From positions 4,082 to 68,081 of the forward strand of contig JAJZQW010000002.1 in assembly GCA_021802985.1 (NCBI GenBank): DNA of 64,000 nt, given 5' to 3'. Positions within the stretch are counted from its first letter, which is position 1, and each line of letters starts with the position of its first letter. A program made the translations under genes and the position numbers. Of this stretch, positions 9,082 to 18,111 are shown in pieces. The notes beneath the pieces are model-generated. The model worked only from the letters and a program-made list of their open reading frames with translations, ran no database searches and was not told where the DNA came from. The DNA is from Acidobacteriota bacterium (lineage in GTDB: Bacteria; Acidobacteriota; Holophagae; Holophagales; Holophagaceae).

Positions 9082-10001
9082 CGGCGGTGCCTCCCATCGA
9101 AGAATCCTCGGAGCCGGCGCCAGAGGCCGCTGCCTCCACCGCTCCGATCGGGCCGCATCACTTCCGGCGGTTCGCCATCAACCGGCAGCGGCAGCATGGG
9201 ATCGTTCACCAGGAGCAGCACCGCGGTGACATTGTCCCGGCCTCCGTGCGCCAGGGCCTCCTCGACCAGCAGATCCAGGCTGCGCCGGGGCGTCTGATCC
9301 CGCTTCAGCACCTCGAGGATCTTCAGATCCGAGACTTCGCCATGAAGGCCATCCGAACAGCACAGAAGGCGATCGCCCCGCCGGAGGGCCAGGCGGTAGA
9401 GCGCCACCTGGAGCGGCTGAGGTGAACCGAGGGCCTGCGTGATCATGTTGCGCTGGGGATGGGTTCGAGCCTGTTCCCGGGTCAGCGTGCCCTGGGCCAC
9501 GAGATCATTCACCAGCGTCTGGTCGTCCGTGATCTGGTGGAGCTGGCCCTGCCGGTAGAGGTAGGCGCGGGAATCCCCGATCTGGGCCAGGTAGGCGTGA
9601 CCATCCCAGACCACGGCGGCCGTGAGCGTGGAGCCCATCCCGCGTGCGGTCCGGTCATCGTCGGAGTAGCGCAGCACGGCATCGCTGGCCTGCTCCACGG
9701 CGGTCTCCAGGGCCTGGATGAGTTCTTCTTCCTTGGCCTTCGAGGTCGCGAGGCGGCCCCAGTGCCCGAAGAGGTACACCGACACGGCGGCCAGGCCCTC
9801 CCGGCTGGCCACTTCGCCCGCGGCCGCACCGCCCATCCCATCGGCCACCGCCACCAGTAGACCGGGCTCCCCCACCCTGAGCGGACGCGAGGGGCCGTTG
9901 AGGATGGGCTCCTCGCCGTCCAGCGCGCTCAGAAGATAGGCGTCCTCGTTGTTCTTCCGGACTTTGCCCGGATGGGTGATGGCGGCGTAGTCGATCAGCA
10001 T
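9078..10001 (-). CDS. PP2C-family Ser/Thr protein phosphatase (Stp1/PrpC-like)
   Basis: THPGKVRKNNEDA, VADGMGG, IGDSRAY, CSDGL, GGRDNVT; start at MLIDY (10001). Confidence 0.92.
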   Translation of the reverse strand: MLIDYAAITHPGKVRKNNEDAYLLSALDGEEPILNGPSRPLRVGEPGLLVAVADGMGGAAAGEVASREGLAAVSVYLFGHWGRLATSKAKEEELIQALETAVEQASDAVLRYSDDDRTARGMGSTLTAAVVWDGHAYLAQIGDSRAYLYRQGQLHQITDDQTLVNDLVAQGTLTREQARTHPQRNMITQALGSPQPLQVALYRLALRRGDRLLCCSDGLHGEVSDLKILEVLKRDQTPRRSLDLLVEEALAHGGRDNVTAVLLLVNDPMLPLPVDGEPPEVMRPDRSGGGSGLWRRLRGFFDGRHRR

Positions 10002-10087
10002 GAAGACGGATAGCCCTGCCTGACGGTGGGAAGCGGGAAGAATGAACGGCCCTTTCCGTTCATCATAGCGGGAGGGGGTGCGATCGG

Positions 10088-11020
10088 ATGATCGAAGGCG
10101 CGAAGGAAGCGAATCGTCGGACCGCGGGCACTGGAGATGGGGAAAGCCGCCCGGTGGACCCACTGGCCATTCTGGGCCCCGGCGTGCTGGGCCTTTCCAC
10201 GGCCCAGTGGGCGGCCGAACGGGGCCTGGAGGTCCGGCTACTCGGGCGGGATGCGGATCATGCCGCCCTCGGGCGGGGGGAGATCGAACGGCGGTGGAAA
10301 GCGTCGGTCCAGAAGGGCCGACTCAGTGCGCAGGACCACGCCGCGGCCAGCGCCCGACTCCAGACTGCCACCTTCGGTCCCGAGGCCCTGTCCGGCGTCG
10401 CCGCGTTCCTCGAAGCCGTGCCCGAGGACCCGGACACCAAGGCCCGGGTCCTCGCGGACGTGGCTCGCTGGAGCCCGCCAGATCTGCTGTGCCTCAGCGG
10501 GACGTCATCGCTTCCGATCACCGGCCTGGCGCGGGCAGCGGGCCTGGAGGGTCGGCTGGTGGGCTTTCATCTCTTCATCCCCGTGCCTCGAATGCCCGTG
10601 GTGGAGATCGCCGTGCCCGTCGGAACGCTGAAGGCAACTGTTCAGCGGGCTCGGTCGCTGGCCGAGGCCCTGGGCAAGCGGGCCGTCGAAGTGCGGGATC
10701 AGCCCGGCTTCGCGGCGGCCCGCATGGCGCTGGCCCAGGGCCTCGAGGCCATGCGGATGGTCGCGGCGGGAGTGGCCTCGGCGGAGGATCTCGATGCCCT
10801 CATGACCCTGGGCTACGGTCATCCCGCCGGGCCCCTGGAGCTGTCGGACCGCGTGGGATTGAACCTGCGCCTTCGCATCGCCGAAGGGATTCACCACGCC
10901 ACCGGAGATCCGATCTTCTGCCCACCCGATCTCCTCCGGGACATGGTCGCCCGCGGTGAAACCGGACTCCGGGCGGGGCGTGGATTCTATCGGTGGGATG
11001 CAGCCGGGAGGCGCCTGTGA
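10088..11020 (+). CDS. 3-hydroxyacyl-CoA dehydrogenase family protein
   Basis: Rossmann GPGVLG, EAVPED...K, GTSSL, GFHLF.P, DQPGF, GHPAGPL, G.GFY. Confidence 0.88.
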   Translation: MIEGAKEANRRTAGTGDGESRPVDPLAILGPGVLGLSTAQWAAERGLEVRLLGRDADHAALGRGEIERRWKASVQKGRLSAQDHAAASARLQTATFGPEALSGVAAFLEAVPEDPDTKARVLADVARWSPPDLLCLSGTSSLPITGLARAAGLEGRLVGFHLFIPVPRMPVVEIAVPVGTLKATVQRARSLAEALGKRAVEVRDQPGFAAARMALAQGLEAMRMVAAGVASAEDLDALMTLGYGHPAGPLELSDRVGLNLRLRIAEGIHHATGDPIFCPPDLLRDMVARGETGLRAGRGFYRWDAAGRRL

Positions 11021-11169
11021 ACATTGTGCTGTGGATCACAGCGGCCGCAATCCTGCTGCTGGTGCTGATCGTGGCCTACAAGCTCGGCAAGATTCTGCTG
11101 CGGTTGGGCGTGGGGATGGCTGCGCTGGCTCTGCTAAGCTGGGGACTCTGGAAACTGTTCCACTCCTGA
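11017..11169 (+). CDS. 50-aa two-helix membrane microprotein (absent from the ORF track)
   Basis: GTG overlapping the upstream TGA, GGGAGG RBS; MNIVLWITAAAILLLVLIVAYKLGKILLRLGVGMAALALLSWGLWKLFHS; fills the gap to the next gene. Confidence 0.7.
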   Translation: MNIVLWITAAAILLLVLIVAYKLGKILLRLGVGMAALALLSWGLWKLFHS

Positions 11170-11191
11170 ATCCATCTACCGAGGAGCAAGC

Positions 11192-11392
11192 ATGGCCGCC
11201 ATCTCCTGCACCCACTGCGGCGCCGATCTGACCGCCCCCCAGAGCGTGCGCATTGCCGAGTACCATTTCGGTCGCCTGGAGAAGGTCTCCGACGATCCCG
11301 GCTTCAAGTACCACTTCGATCAGCCGGACAACTACACGATCCTGTGCAACTCCTGCAAGCGCCTCGTCCGGACGCTCCCCATCGCCAAGTAG
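11192..11392 (+). CDS. small zinc-ribbon protein
   Basis: GAGGAG RBS; CTHC...CNSC; host-like codon usage. Confidence 0.75.
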   Translation: MAAISCTHCGADLTAPQSVRIAEYHFGRLEKVSDDPGFKYHFDQPDNYTILCNSCKRLVRTLPIAK

Positions 11393-11416
11393 ACATCGCG
11401 TTTTCTAGTGAAACGA

Positions 11417-11442
11417 AGAACGGCCCCGATCGGGGCCGTTCT
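11417..11442. terminator. hairpin between convergent genes (probable terminator)
   Basis: AGAACGGCCCC-GATC-GGGGCCGTTCT perfect inverted repeat. Confidence 0.7.
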
Positions 11443-11460
11443 CACGTAGGGATCTTCCGT

Positions 11461-13560
11461 TCAGCCGCGCAGCACGTGCGGCGTAATGAAGATCAGCAGT
11501 TCGGCATTCGACTGAGCCTTGCTCTTGGTCCGGAAGAGGGCCCCCAGGAAGGGGATCTTCGAAAGGAAGGGCACGCCCGTGGTTCCCGTGGTGTTGTTGG
11601 TGACGTAGACGCCGCCCAGCACCGCCGTTCCGCCATCCCGCACGAGCACCTGGGTGTCCAGGGCTTTCCGGATGATGGTCGGCGTGCCGTTCACGGTCCG
11701 GCTGAAGTCGGCTTCGGCCTTCTCCAGCTTGATGTCCATGATGATGGTGCCTTCGTTGGTGATCTGCGGCGTGACATCAAGCTGCAGATTGGCATCCGCG
11801 AAGGCCACGGTGATGGCGCCGCCCTGGGCCCCGCCCTGCTGAGTGGGATAGGGGATCTTCTCGCCACTGAGGATGGTGGCCTTCTTGTTGTTCTGGGTGA
11901 CCACCTTGGGCGAGGACACGATCTTGACCACGCCTTCACTCTCGAGGGCCTGGAGAACCGCGTTGACGCTGAAACGATCGCTCAGGAAGGAGAACCAGAA
12001 CTCACCGGCGGGATTCGGAATGCTGGTGACCCCATCCTTGCCCGGGGACCAGGCGATCGCAGCCGACTGCCCCGAGGCTGGACGATTCGCACCCTGGACA
12101 CCGTTCCAGTAGGGGGATTGGCTTCCCACCCAAGGCGTGCCTGTGGTGCTCGTCCCACTCGTGAGTGCGACGTTGCCGGAATTCGATTGCGGCCACTTCA
12201 CGCCGAAGGCCTGCTGCCAGTTCTTGTTGGCCTCCACGATCCTGGCTTCGATCTGCACCTGGGGGATCTGGACATCCAGGGTCTGGATGAGTTCCTTGAT
12301 CACGCCAATGTTGCTGGGCAGATCCGTGATGATGAGGGTGTTGGTGCGATCGTCCAGGATGACGGAACCACGCTTGGTCAGCATGTCCTTGAGGATCTTC
12401 CCGACATCGCCCACCTTCGCGTAGGAAAGGGGCTGCGTAATCGTCTCCAGGGAACCGGCCAGGGCCTTGGTCTCCTCCAGCTTCTTGCGCTCCTCTTCTT
12501 CCTTCTGCAGCTTGTCGACCTTGGCCACGCGGAGGACCCCGTTCTGGATCTCCTTGCCCAGGCCGGCATTCTTCAGAACCACGTCCAGCACCTGATCCCA
12601 GGGGGTGTCCGTGAACCGGACGCCGATGTTCCCCTGGACATCCGGGTCGATGACGAGGTTCAGCTTGCCGGTGTCGGCGAGGATCCGAAGCAGCTCACGG
12701 ATGTCCGTGTTCTGCAGGTCGATGGTGATCCTGGCGCCCGTATATTTGTAATTGGTTTCGCCGAGGGTCCGGCCAACGTAGCGTGACTGCGGGGTCGCAG
12801 CCAGCGGACGGGGCTTTTCCGGCTCCGGCACCTGGATCGCATCGGGGGTGGTCACAGGCAGAGTCGTGGCGGCCGCCAGCTGGGGAAGGACCTGGAAATG
12901 GCCCCCCACACTCGGAATCGGCCCGAGGATTTTCGTGGCCGCCGTAGCGGGCGCAACGGTGGGAAGGGGCAGCTGGGCCACTGGGGCCAGGGCCGTCTCT
13001 GCCGGGGCGGAGGGGGCGGGCTCGAGATGGGCCGTGACAGCCGCGGTCTGGGCCGGGAAGGACAGCGGGGAAACCGCCAGCGGACTGCCAAGGCGGGCCT
13101 GGACGGCACCGTGGCCGGGGGTCAGCAGAAGCTGGATTCCATCCGAGGTGGAGCCCACGGTGACCTGGGTTCCGGGTGCCACTTCCAGCACCACGCGGGT
13201 CACCGGATGGGGCGCTGCGATGAACTGCCCCAGGCGCACCCTGTGGATCAGCGGATGGACCAACCCGGCAAGATTCTTCCGGGTGACGCTCACGCCGCGT
13301 TCCACACCAGGAAGATCCACCACCACCCGAGACGGGGACGAGAGCACCTGGACACCGGGCTGGGTCACGAACCCGGGGATGCGAAGGGACACTTTGGCCC
13401 CTGCCCCGTCGGATTCGAGAGCCGCGCTCTGGAGCGTTGCGAAATGGACCGACACGGGACCGGTGTCTGTTTCGATAGGGGCTGCCGAGAGGGATCCCGC
13501 TTGGATCCCCGCCAGGACCACGCCCCCTGCGACCAGCAAGGAACTCAGGCGAGCATTCAT
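11461..13560 (-). CDS. pilQ: type IV pilus secretin with AMIN domain
   Basis: AMIN-like PSRVVVDL; YTGARITIDLQ; QVQIEARIVEA; secretin GVPFLSKIPFLGALF...ELLIFITP. Confidence 0.95.
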   Translation of the reverse strand: MNARLSSLLVAGGVVLAGIQAGSLSAAPIETDTGPVSVHFATLQSAALESDGAGAKVSLRIPGFVTQPGVQVLSSPSRVVVDLPGVERGVSVTRKNLAGLVHPLIHRVRLGQFIAAPHPVTRVVLEVAPGTQVTVGSTSDGIQLLLTPGHGAVQARLGSPLAVSPLSFPAQTAAVTAHLEPAPSAPAETALAPVAQLPLPTVAPATAATKILGPIPSVGGHFQVLPQLAAATTLPVTTPDAIQVPEPEKPRPLAATPQSRYVGRTLGETNYKYTGARITIDLQNTDIRELLRILADTGKLNLVIDPDVQGNIGVRFTDTPWDQVLDVVLKNAGLGKEIQNGVLRVAKVDKLQKEEEERKKLEETKALAGSLETITQPLSYAKVGDVGKILKDMLTKRGSVILDDRTNTLIITDLPSNIGVIKELIQTLDVQIPQVQIEARIVEANKNWQQAFGVKWPQSNSGNVALTSGTSTTGTPWVGSQSPYWNGVQGANRPASGQSAAIAWSPGKDGVTSIPNPAGEFWFSFLSDRFSVNAVLQALESEGVVKIVSSPKVVTQNNKKATILSGEKIPYPTQQGGAQGGAITVAFADANLQLDVTPQITNEGTIIMDIKLEKAEADFSRTVNGTPTIIRKALDTQVLVRDGGTAVLGGVYVTNNTTGTTGVPFLSKIPFLGALFRTKSKAQSNAELLIFITPHVLRG

Positions 13561-14003
13561 CGATTACCCTCCTCGCGCTTAAACGTCTTAGTGACTGTGC
13601 GGAAGACCGAACGGTTGGTCGTGTTCAGTTCCCACTGATGGAAGATCACTGCACTGTCAGTGATGGCCGTAATCTCCCCGTCTTTGAATCGATGGCCTAT
13701 GGGCAGCCATCGGACATTTCCCCGACTATCGGAGATGATTGCGAAATTCTTGCCATCCCTGCGAAGGACGCCCTTCACCGAGATGTCGTCCAGAAGATCC
13801 TGGGCATCGGTGGGGCGGTCGTCCCTGGGTGTGGCGAAGGGATCCCGCTGGACGGTCGGATTGTAGGGCGTGGCCTTGATGATGGCCACATCCTCCGGCA
13901 CGGCGGGTGCGGCTGGAGCGGCACCCGAGGGCGCCGTTGCCGGCACCTGCCCGGCCAGGATCGTACCGGCAAGGATGAAAAGGGGATAGAGACGTTGGGC
14001 CAT
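13557..14003 (-). CDS. pilP: PilP-like pilus assembly protein
   Basis: Lies between pilO and pilQ; YNP...RDPF motif; start MAQRL with GAGG RBS. Confidence 0.75.
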   Translation of the reverse strand: MAQRLYPLFILAGTILAGQVPATAPSGAAPAAPAVPEDVAIIKATPYNPTVQRDPFATPRDDRPTDAQDLLDDISVKGVLRRDGKNFAIISDSRGNVRWLPIGHRFKDGEITAITDSAVIFHQWELNTTNRSVFRTVTKTFKREEGNR

Positions 14004-14053
14004 GGCTGGTTTCCTCAATCCTTTTCCTGGGGGGCGGCGCGGGCGCACCGGGC

Positions 14054-14620
14054 TTATTTGACCGGTTCGGCCGGTGGCGGCTCAGGATTGTAGACGAAGG
14101 CGCTGACAATGCACTTTACCGAGGCGGGGTAGACGCTGCGTGGATCCGTTTTCCGGGTGATCTCGATGTTCGAGAGATTGATGATCTTGTCATAGCCCGA
14201 GATCAGGGAGGCGAACTGCCCGAAGGAGTGGTAGCCCACTCGGAACTCGAAGGCCACGGGCTTTTCGGTGTAATAGGTGCTCTTCTTTTCGGGCAGGAGG
14301 GAGAAGGACACCTGGTCGATCCCGGCATCGTCCGCGATCTTCTTGATGCGGTAGGGGATCTCGCCGTAATCGGCCTCGGAGGGCATGATCTTGACGAGCG
14401 CCTCGATGCGCTTGTCCTGCTTGGCGACCTCCTCGCGGAGCTTCTCGTAGTTCGCCTTCAGCAGCTTGCCCTTGTCGACGGTCGCCTGCAGGGTCTTGTT
14501 ATCGGCGTTGACGGCTTCGAGATCGGTCCGCTTGCCACCGAGCAGGAAGAACACCAGGGCCGCCACCACGATGCCAGCCGCGGCGCCCACCAGGATCTGT
14601 TTCTGGAGCTGGGGATTCAT
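14054..14620 (-). CDS. pilO: type IV pilus assembly protein PilO
   Basis: N-terminal TM plus coiled coil; YYTEKPV, GYHSFGQF...KII. Confidence 0.88.
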   Translation of the reverse strand: MNPQLQKQILVGAAAGIVVAALVFFLLGGKRTDLEAVNADNKTLQATVDKGKLLKANYEKLREEVAKQDKRIEALVKIMPSEADYGEIPYRIKKIADDAGIDQVSFSLLPEKKSTYYTEKPVAFEFRVGYHSFGQFASLISGYDKIINLSNIEITRKTDPRSVYPASVKCIVSAFVYNPEPPPAEPVK

Positions 14621-14628
14621 GGCCTACC

Positions 14629-15231
14629 TCAGACGGCGTTCTGGAGTTGGAACGAGATGGTGAATTCCAGCGACCCGCTCGCCACACGCCGGGCGCCGGG
14701 GTAGTTGATCTGTTTGAACCAGCGGGTCCGGGATTGGAGATTCCCATAGAAGGCGTTGATGGCCTCGAAGTTGCGGCTCTCGCCGTCGATGGTGATCGTG
14801 GAACCATTCTGGGTGATCTTCTTGAACCAGACGTCATCCGGCAGGCTGTTCGCAAGCTCTTCCAGGAAGTGGACTGGAAGGGCCTGCTGCCGCTTGAGGT
14901 TCGTCATCACCTCTTCCTTCTTCTGCAGGGCTTCCTTTTTGGTCCGGAACTTCTTCTCCAGAGTGATATAGGGCTCGTACTGCTTCTTGTCCCGCTCCAG
15001 TTCGGCCTTCTTCTGCTCCGCCTTGTTGACTTCGTTGTTCAGCCAGACGTAGTAGAGGCCCCCCAGGGCTGCGAAGAGGATACCGACCACGAGCCCCGCG
15101 ATGGGCAGGCTGGAGCGCGCCGCGCCCCCTCCTCCCGAATAGACCTGGGCCGGCTCTGCCGCGACCTTATCCGCACCCTTCTTGACCCCCGCGGAGGCCA
15201 GTGCATCACCCAGCAGGTTGATCTTGATCAT
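14629..15231 (-). CDS. pilN: type IV pilus assembly protein PilN
   Basis: MIKINLL motif, TM, coiled coil, LPDDVWF. Confidence 0.92.
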   Translation of the reverse strand: MIKINLLGDALASAGVKKGADKVAAEPAQVYSGGGGAARSSLPIAGLVVGILFAALGGLYYVWLNNEVNKAEQKKAELERDKKQYEPYITLEKKFRTKKEALQKKEEVMTNLKRQQALPVHFLEELANSLPDDVWFKKITQNGSTITIDGESRNFEAINAFYGNLQSRTRWFKQINYPGARRVASGSLEFTISFQLQNAV

Positions 15232-16310
15232 CGGTCCCCCACTTGGCGCAAGGCCAGCCCGACCACGACGGCAGCGGCGCCCCCGATCTCCCGAACCGTG
15301 ACGGGATCCTCGGTTCGGCCGTCAACTTCGATGAGCTGGAATGGATTCAGGCGGTCAACGGACACGCGAAGCCTGTCCGCGAGCACCTCCACGAGGCCGT
15401 GGACCAGGGAACCACCTCCGGTCAGGAGCACCCGGTCCAGGCGGTCCACCTTGAAGCTGCTCTTGAAGAAATCCAGGGTCCGGCTGAGTTCATCCGCAAA
15501 TGCGTCTGATACAGCATTAATAGATGGCTGGACCTCTTCGGCCGAATGCCCATCGGCCTGGAGCCCGCGTTTCAGAGACTCGGATGCCTCGCGGCCCAGC
15601 CCCCAATCCTCCATCAGCTTTTCCGAATAGCGACCACTACCCCAGGCCATGTCCCGCCAGAAGACCGACTTCCCGCCGACCATCATGGTGAGGTTCGTGA
15701 ACGTGGCCCCCAGGTTCACCAGGGCCACCACCTCGTCCCGTCCCCCGCCAAGGGTGTTCACCTCATAGGCATTCTGAAGGGCGAAGACATCGACATCCAC
15801 GACCTTGGGGTTGCAGCCCGCCTGTGCCACACAGCTGACATAGGACTCGAGCTTGTCCTTCCGGCAGGCCACCAGGACTACGTCCATGTTGCCTTCCTGG
15901 GCCCGTTCCTCGATGAGGTAGTAGTCAAGGGCATAGGAATCCAGGCCTTGGCCGGCCGGGAAGAAGCTTTCAGCCTCCCAGCGCACCGATTCTGCCAGTT
16001 CCGCCTGACTCATCAGAGGGAATGTCACTTTTTTGACCATGACCTGCTGGCCGGAAACGGAGATGGCCACATCCTTGGCCTTGATTTTCTGTTCTGCGAG
16101 GACCTGGCGGATAGCTGATGCCACGGCGTTGCTATCCATGATGTCGCCATCCACGATGGCGTCAGGAGAAAGAGCGGCATAGCCCAGTTTCTGGAGTCGG
16201 TAGCGGGTGGATCCACCCTTCCCCACCTGTTGCAGTTCGCAGACTTTCACCGAACTGGAACCGATATCCAAACCGACAAGACTTTTGGTTTTGCTTCCGA
16301 AAAGACCCAC
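15228..16310 (-). CDS. pilM: type IV pilus assembly protein PilM
   Basis: VGLDIGSSSVKV, VDVDVFAL.N, LTGGGS, VGLALR; start uncertain (GTG 16310 or 16322). Confidence 0.95.
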   Translation of the reverse strand: MGLFGSKTKSLVGLDIGSSSVKVCELQQVGKGGSTRYRLQKLGYAALSPDAIVDGDIMDSNAVASAIRQVLAEQKIKAKDVAISVSGQQVMVKKVTFPLMSQAELAESVRWEAESFFPAGQGLDSYALDYYLIEERAQEGNMDVVLVACRKDKLESYVSCVAQAGCNPKVVDVDVFALQNAYEVNTLGGGRDEVVALVNLGATFTNLTMMVGGKSVFWRDMAWGSGRYSEKLMEDWGLGREASESLKRGLQADGHSAEEVQPSINAVSDAFADELSRTLDFFKSSFKVDRLDRVLLTGGGSLVHGLVEVLADRLRVSVDRLNPFQLIEVDGRTEDPVTVREIGGAAAVVVGLALRQVGDR

Positions 16311-16343
16311 CGGACGCCTCACTTGGAGAATTAGGTAATGGAA

Positions 16344-16371
16344 ATGGTACCGCGGGACAGGATTACGTCAA
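16344..16371 (-). promoter_or_regulatory. putative sigma70 promoter of pilMNOPQ
   Basis: Minus strand TTGACG-N16-TACCAT. Confidence 0.5.
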
Positions 16372-16388
16372 GGTTAACTATTCTTGCA

Positions 16389-17156
16389 TCAGCTTTCTTC
16401 CGGCTCCCAACCGACAAGAACCGCCGTGATATTGTCCTCACCACCGTTGTCCCGAGCCGTGGAGATCAAGGCTTCCACGGCAGTCTGGAGGTCTGGAGAC
16501 TGATTCACGATGTCGCAGATCTGTGCGTCACCCACCATTCCTGACAGGCCATCGGAGCAAAGCAAAAGCCGGTCCGATTCCCCAAGTTCGAATTCCTGGA
16601 CCTCCACTTCGAGGTCCCCCCCGTTCCCGAGGGCCTGGGTAATTACGTTCCGGAAGGGGTGGACGCGGGCCTCGGACGCCGTGAGGATGCCATTCGCAAC
16701 CTGCTCGGCCACCCAGCTGTGATCTCGGGTGATTTGTCGTATTTCTTCTTTATTCAACAAATAAGCACGGCTGTCCCCCACGTGGGCCAGGGTCACCTTC
16801 CGCCCGCTCACGAGCCCCGCGACCACCGTGGAGCCCATGGTCTCCCGCTCGGGGTTCTTCCGGATGTCATCGGTGATGGCCTTGTCGGAGAGCAGGAGGG
16901 CCACCTTCAGCCGGTTCCCGTCAAAGCTCAGGCTGGTGTCGTACTCCAGGGGCCAGGTGCGGTCCTTCTCCGTGGTCTCGGCCACAAACTGGGCCACCCG
17001 CTCCACCACGATCCGGCTGGCGACCTCCCCGGCCGCGTGTCCACCCAGGCCATCGGCCACCACATAGAGCCCCAACTCGGGCGCGGACAGGAAGCTGTCC
17101 TCGTTGTGCTTGCGCACACAGCCAACATCCGTCATCCCTGCGGCACGAATCGCCAT
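16389..17156 (-). CDS. PP2C-family Ser/Thr protein phosphatase
   Basis: TDVGCVRKHNEDS, VADGLGGH, HVGDSRAY, CSDGL, GGEDNIT; real start MAIRAAG (17156) inside the 660-aa track ORF. Confidence 0.93.
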   Translation of the reverse strand: MAIRAAGMTDVGCVRKHNEDSFLSAPELGLYVVADGLGGHAAGEVASRIVVERVAQFVAETTEKDRTWPLEYDTSLSFDGNRLKVALLLSDKAITDDIRKNPERETMGSTVVAGLVSGRKVTLAHVGDSRAYLLNKEEIRQITRDHSWVAEQVANGILTASEARVHPFRNVITQALGNGGDLEVEVQEFELGESDRLLLCSDGLSGMVGDAQICDIVNQSPDLQTAVEALISTARDNGGEDNITAVLVGWEPEES

Positions 17157-17158
17157 GG

Positions 17159-17878
17159 TCAGCCCCTTTTGGTCAATCGGTCCCAGAGGTCCCGGAGTTG
17201 ATCCAGGAGACTCGCCGGGGGGATGGGCGCAGAGGGCTTGCCGCCCTTCGATTCCGGCTTGGCAGCCTTTTGCTGCCGAAGCTTCGGGTGGTTCGGCGCG
17301 AGTTCGCGGGCGAGTTGCAGGTGTTTCTGTGCCCGGGCCGACATGCCCAGGCTCTGAAAGTGGCCCGCGAGCTTGATGTGACTCTCCACATCCTTGGGAG
17401 CCAGGCGGACAGCCGCCTCCAGGGCCTTCACCACGGCCCTCACATCGCCGCCCTCCTGCTCGAGGATGGCTCCCAGAAGGGAGTGGTAGGCAGCCTTCGT
17501 TCCATCCATGCGAATCGCGTAGTAGACGAGGGCCCGGGCCTGATCCACCTTGCCTTCGTTGAAGGCCTCGCGGGCCATGGCGGCCCAGTCCTCCGGGGAC
17601 CGCTCGCGGGTCGGCTCCTGCTCTCGAGGAACGCTGGTGGGTGCGCTGGCGGGAGCGGCTTGTGTCCTCGGCATCTGCTGCTGAATCGAGAGGCGGCGAC
17701 CCGGATCCTTCAAGGTGCTGAAGGCTTCGGCCAGTTCGCGGAACTTGGCCTCGGCGGTCTCCTTCTCCTTCCCGGCGTAACGATCGGGATGCCACTGCTT
17801 CGCCAGCCGGTGGTACGCGGCCTTGATGTCCTCGGCCGAGGCATCGGGTGGAATCTCCAGTACTTCGAATGGATTCAT
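17159..17878 (-). CDS. J-domain (DnaJ) protein with TPR repeats
   Basis: NPFEVL...IKAAYHRLAKQWHPD...F..LAEAF..L.DP followed by TPR-like helices; start MNPF (17878). Confidence 0.88.
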   Translation of the reverse strand: MNPFEVLEIPPDASAEDIKAAYHRLAKQWHPDRYAGKEKETAEAKFRELAEAFSTLKDPGRRLSIQQQMPRTQAAPASAPTSVPREQEPTRERSPEDWAAMAREAFNEGKVDQARALVYYAIRMDGTKAAYHSLLGAILEQEGGDVRAVVKALEAAVRLAPKDVESHIKLAGHFQSLGMSARAQKHLQLARELAPNHPKLRQQKAAKPESKGGKPSAPIPPASLLDQLRDLWDRLTKRG

Positions 17879-17909
17879 GGGTCTTCCAGGGGTCGCCCGT
17901 GGCGGACTC

Positions 17910-17924
17910 GCAGGAGGCGTGCCA
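17910..17924 (-). promoter_or_regulatory. putative sigma54 (-24/-12) promoter
   Basis: Minus strand TGGCACGCCTCCTGC = GG-N10-GC, about 32 nt upstream of the J-domain gene start. Confidence 0.6.
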
Positions 17925-18111
17925 GAGCGGGGCTTGAGCAGAGGATGGTAGCCTATTTCCACCCGGAGTGCAGTTCCAGGCCTCGGGTGATGGGTCGCAC
18001 CACCCCAGTCTGCCCGTGAGGCCCGATTGGGTCTTCCGGTTCCTGGACGACTGACCCCGGCGATGGAACCCGCCTCGGCCTGCTGGCAAAGTAGAAGGTT
18101 CGGGAGCGTGG

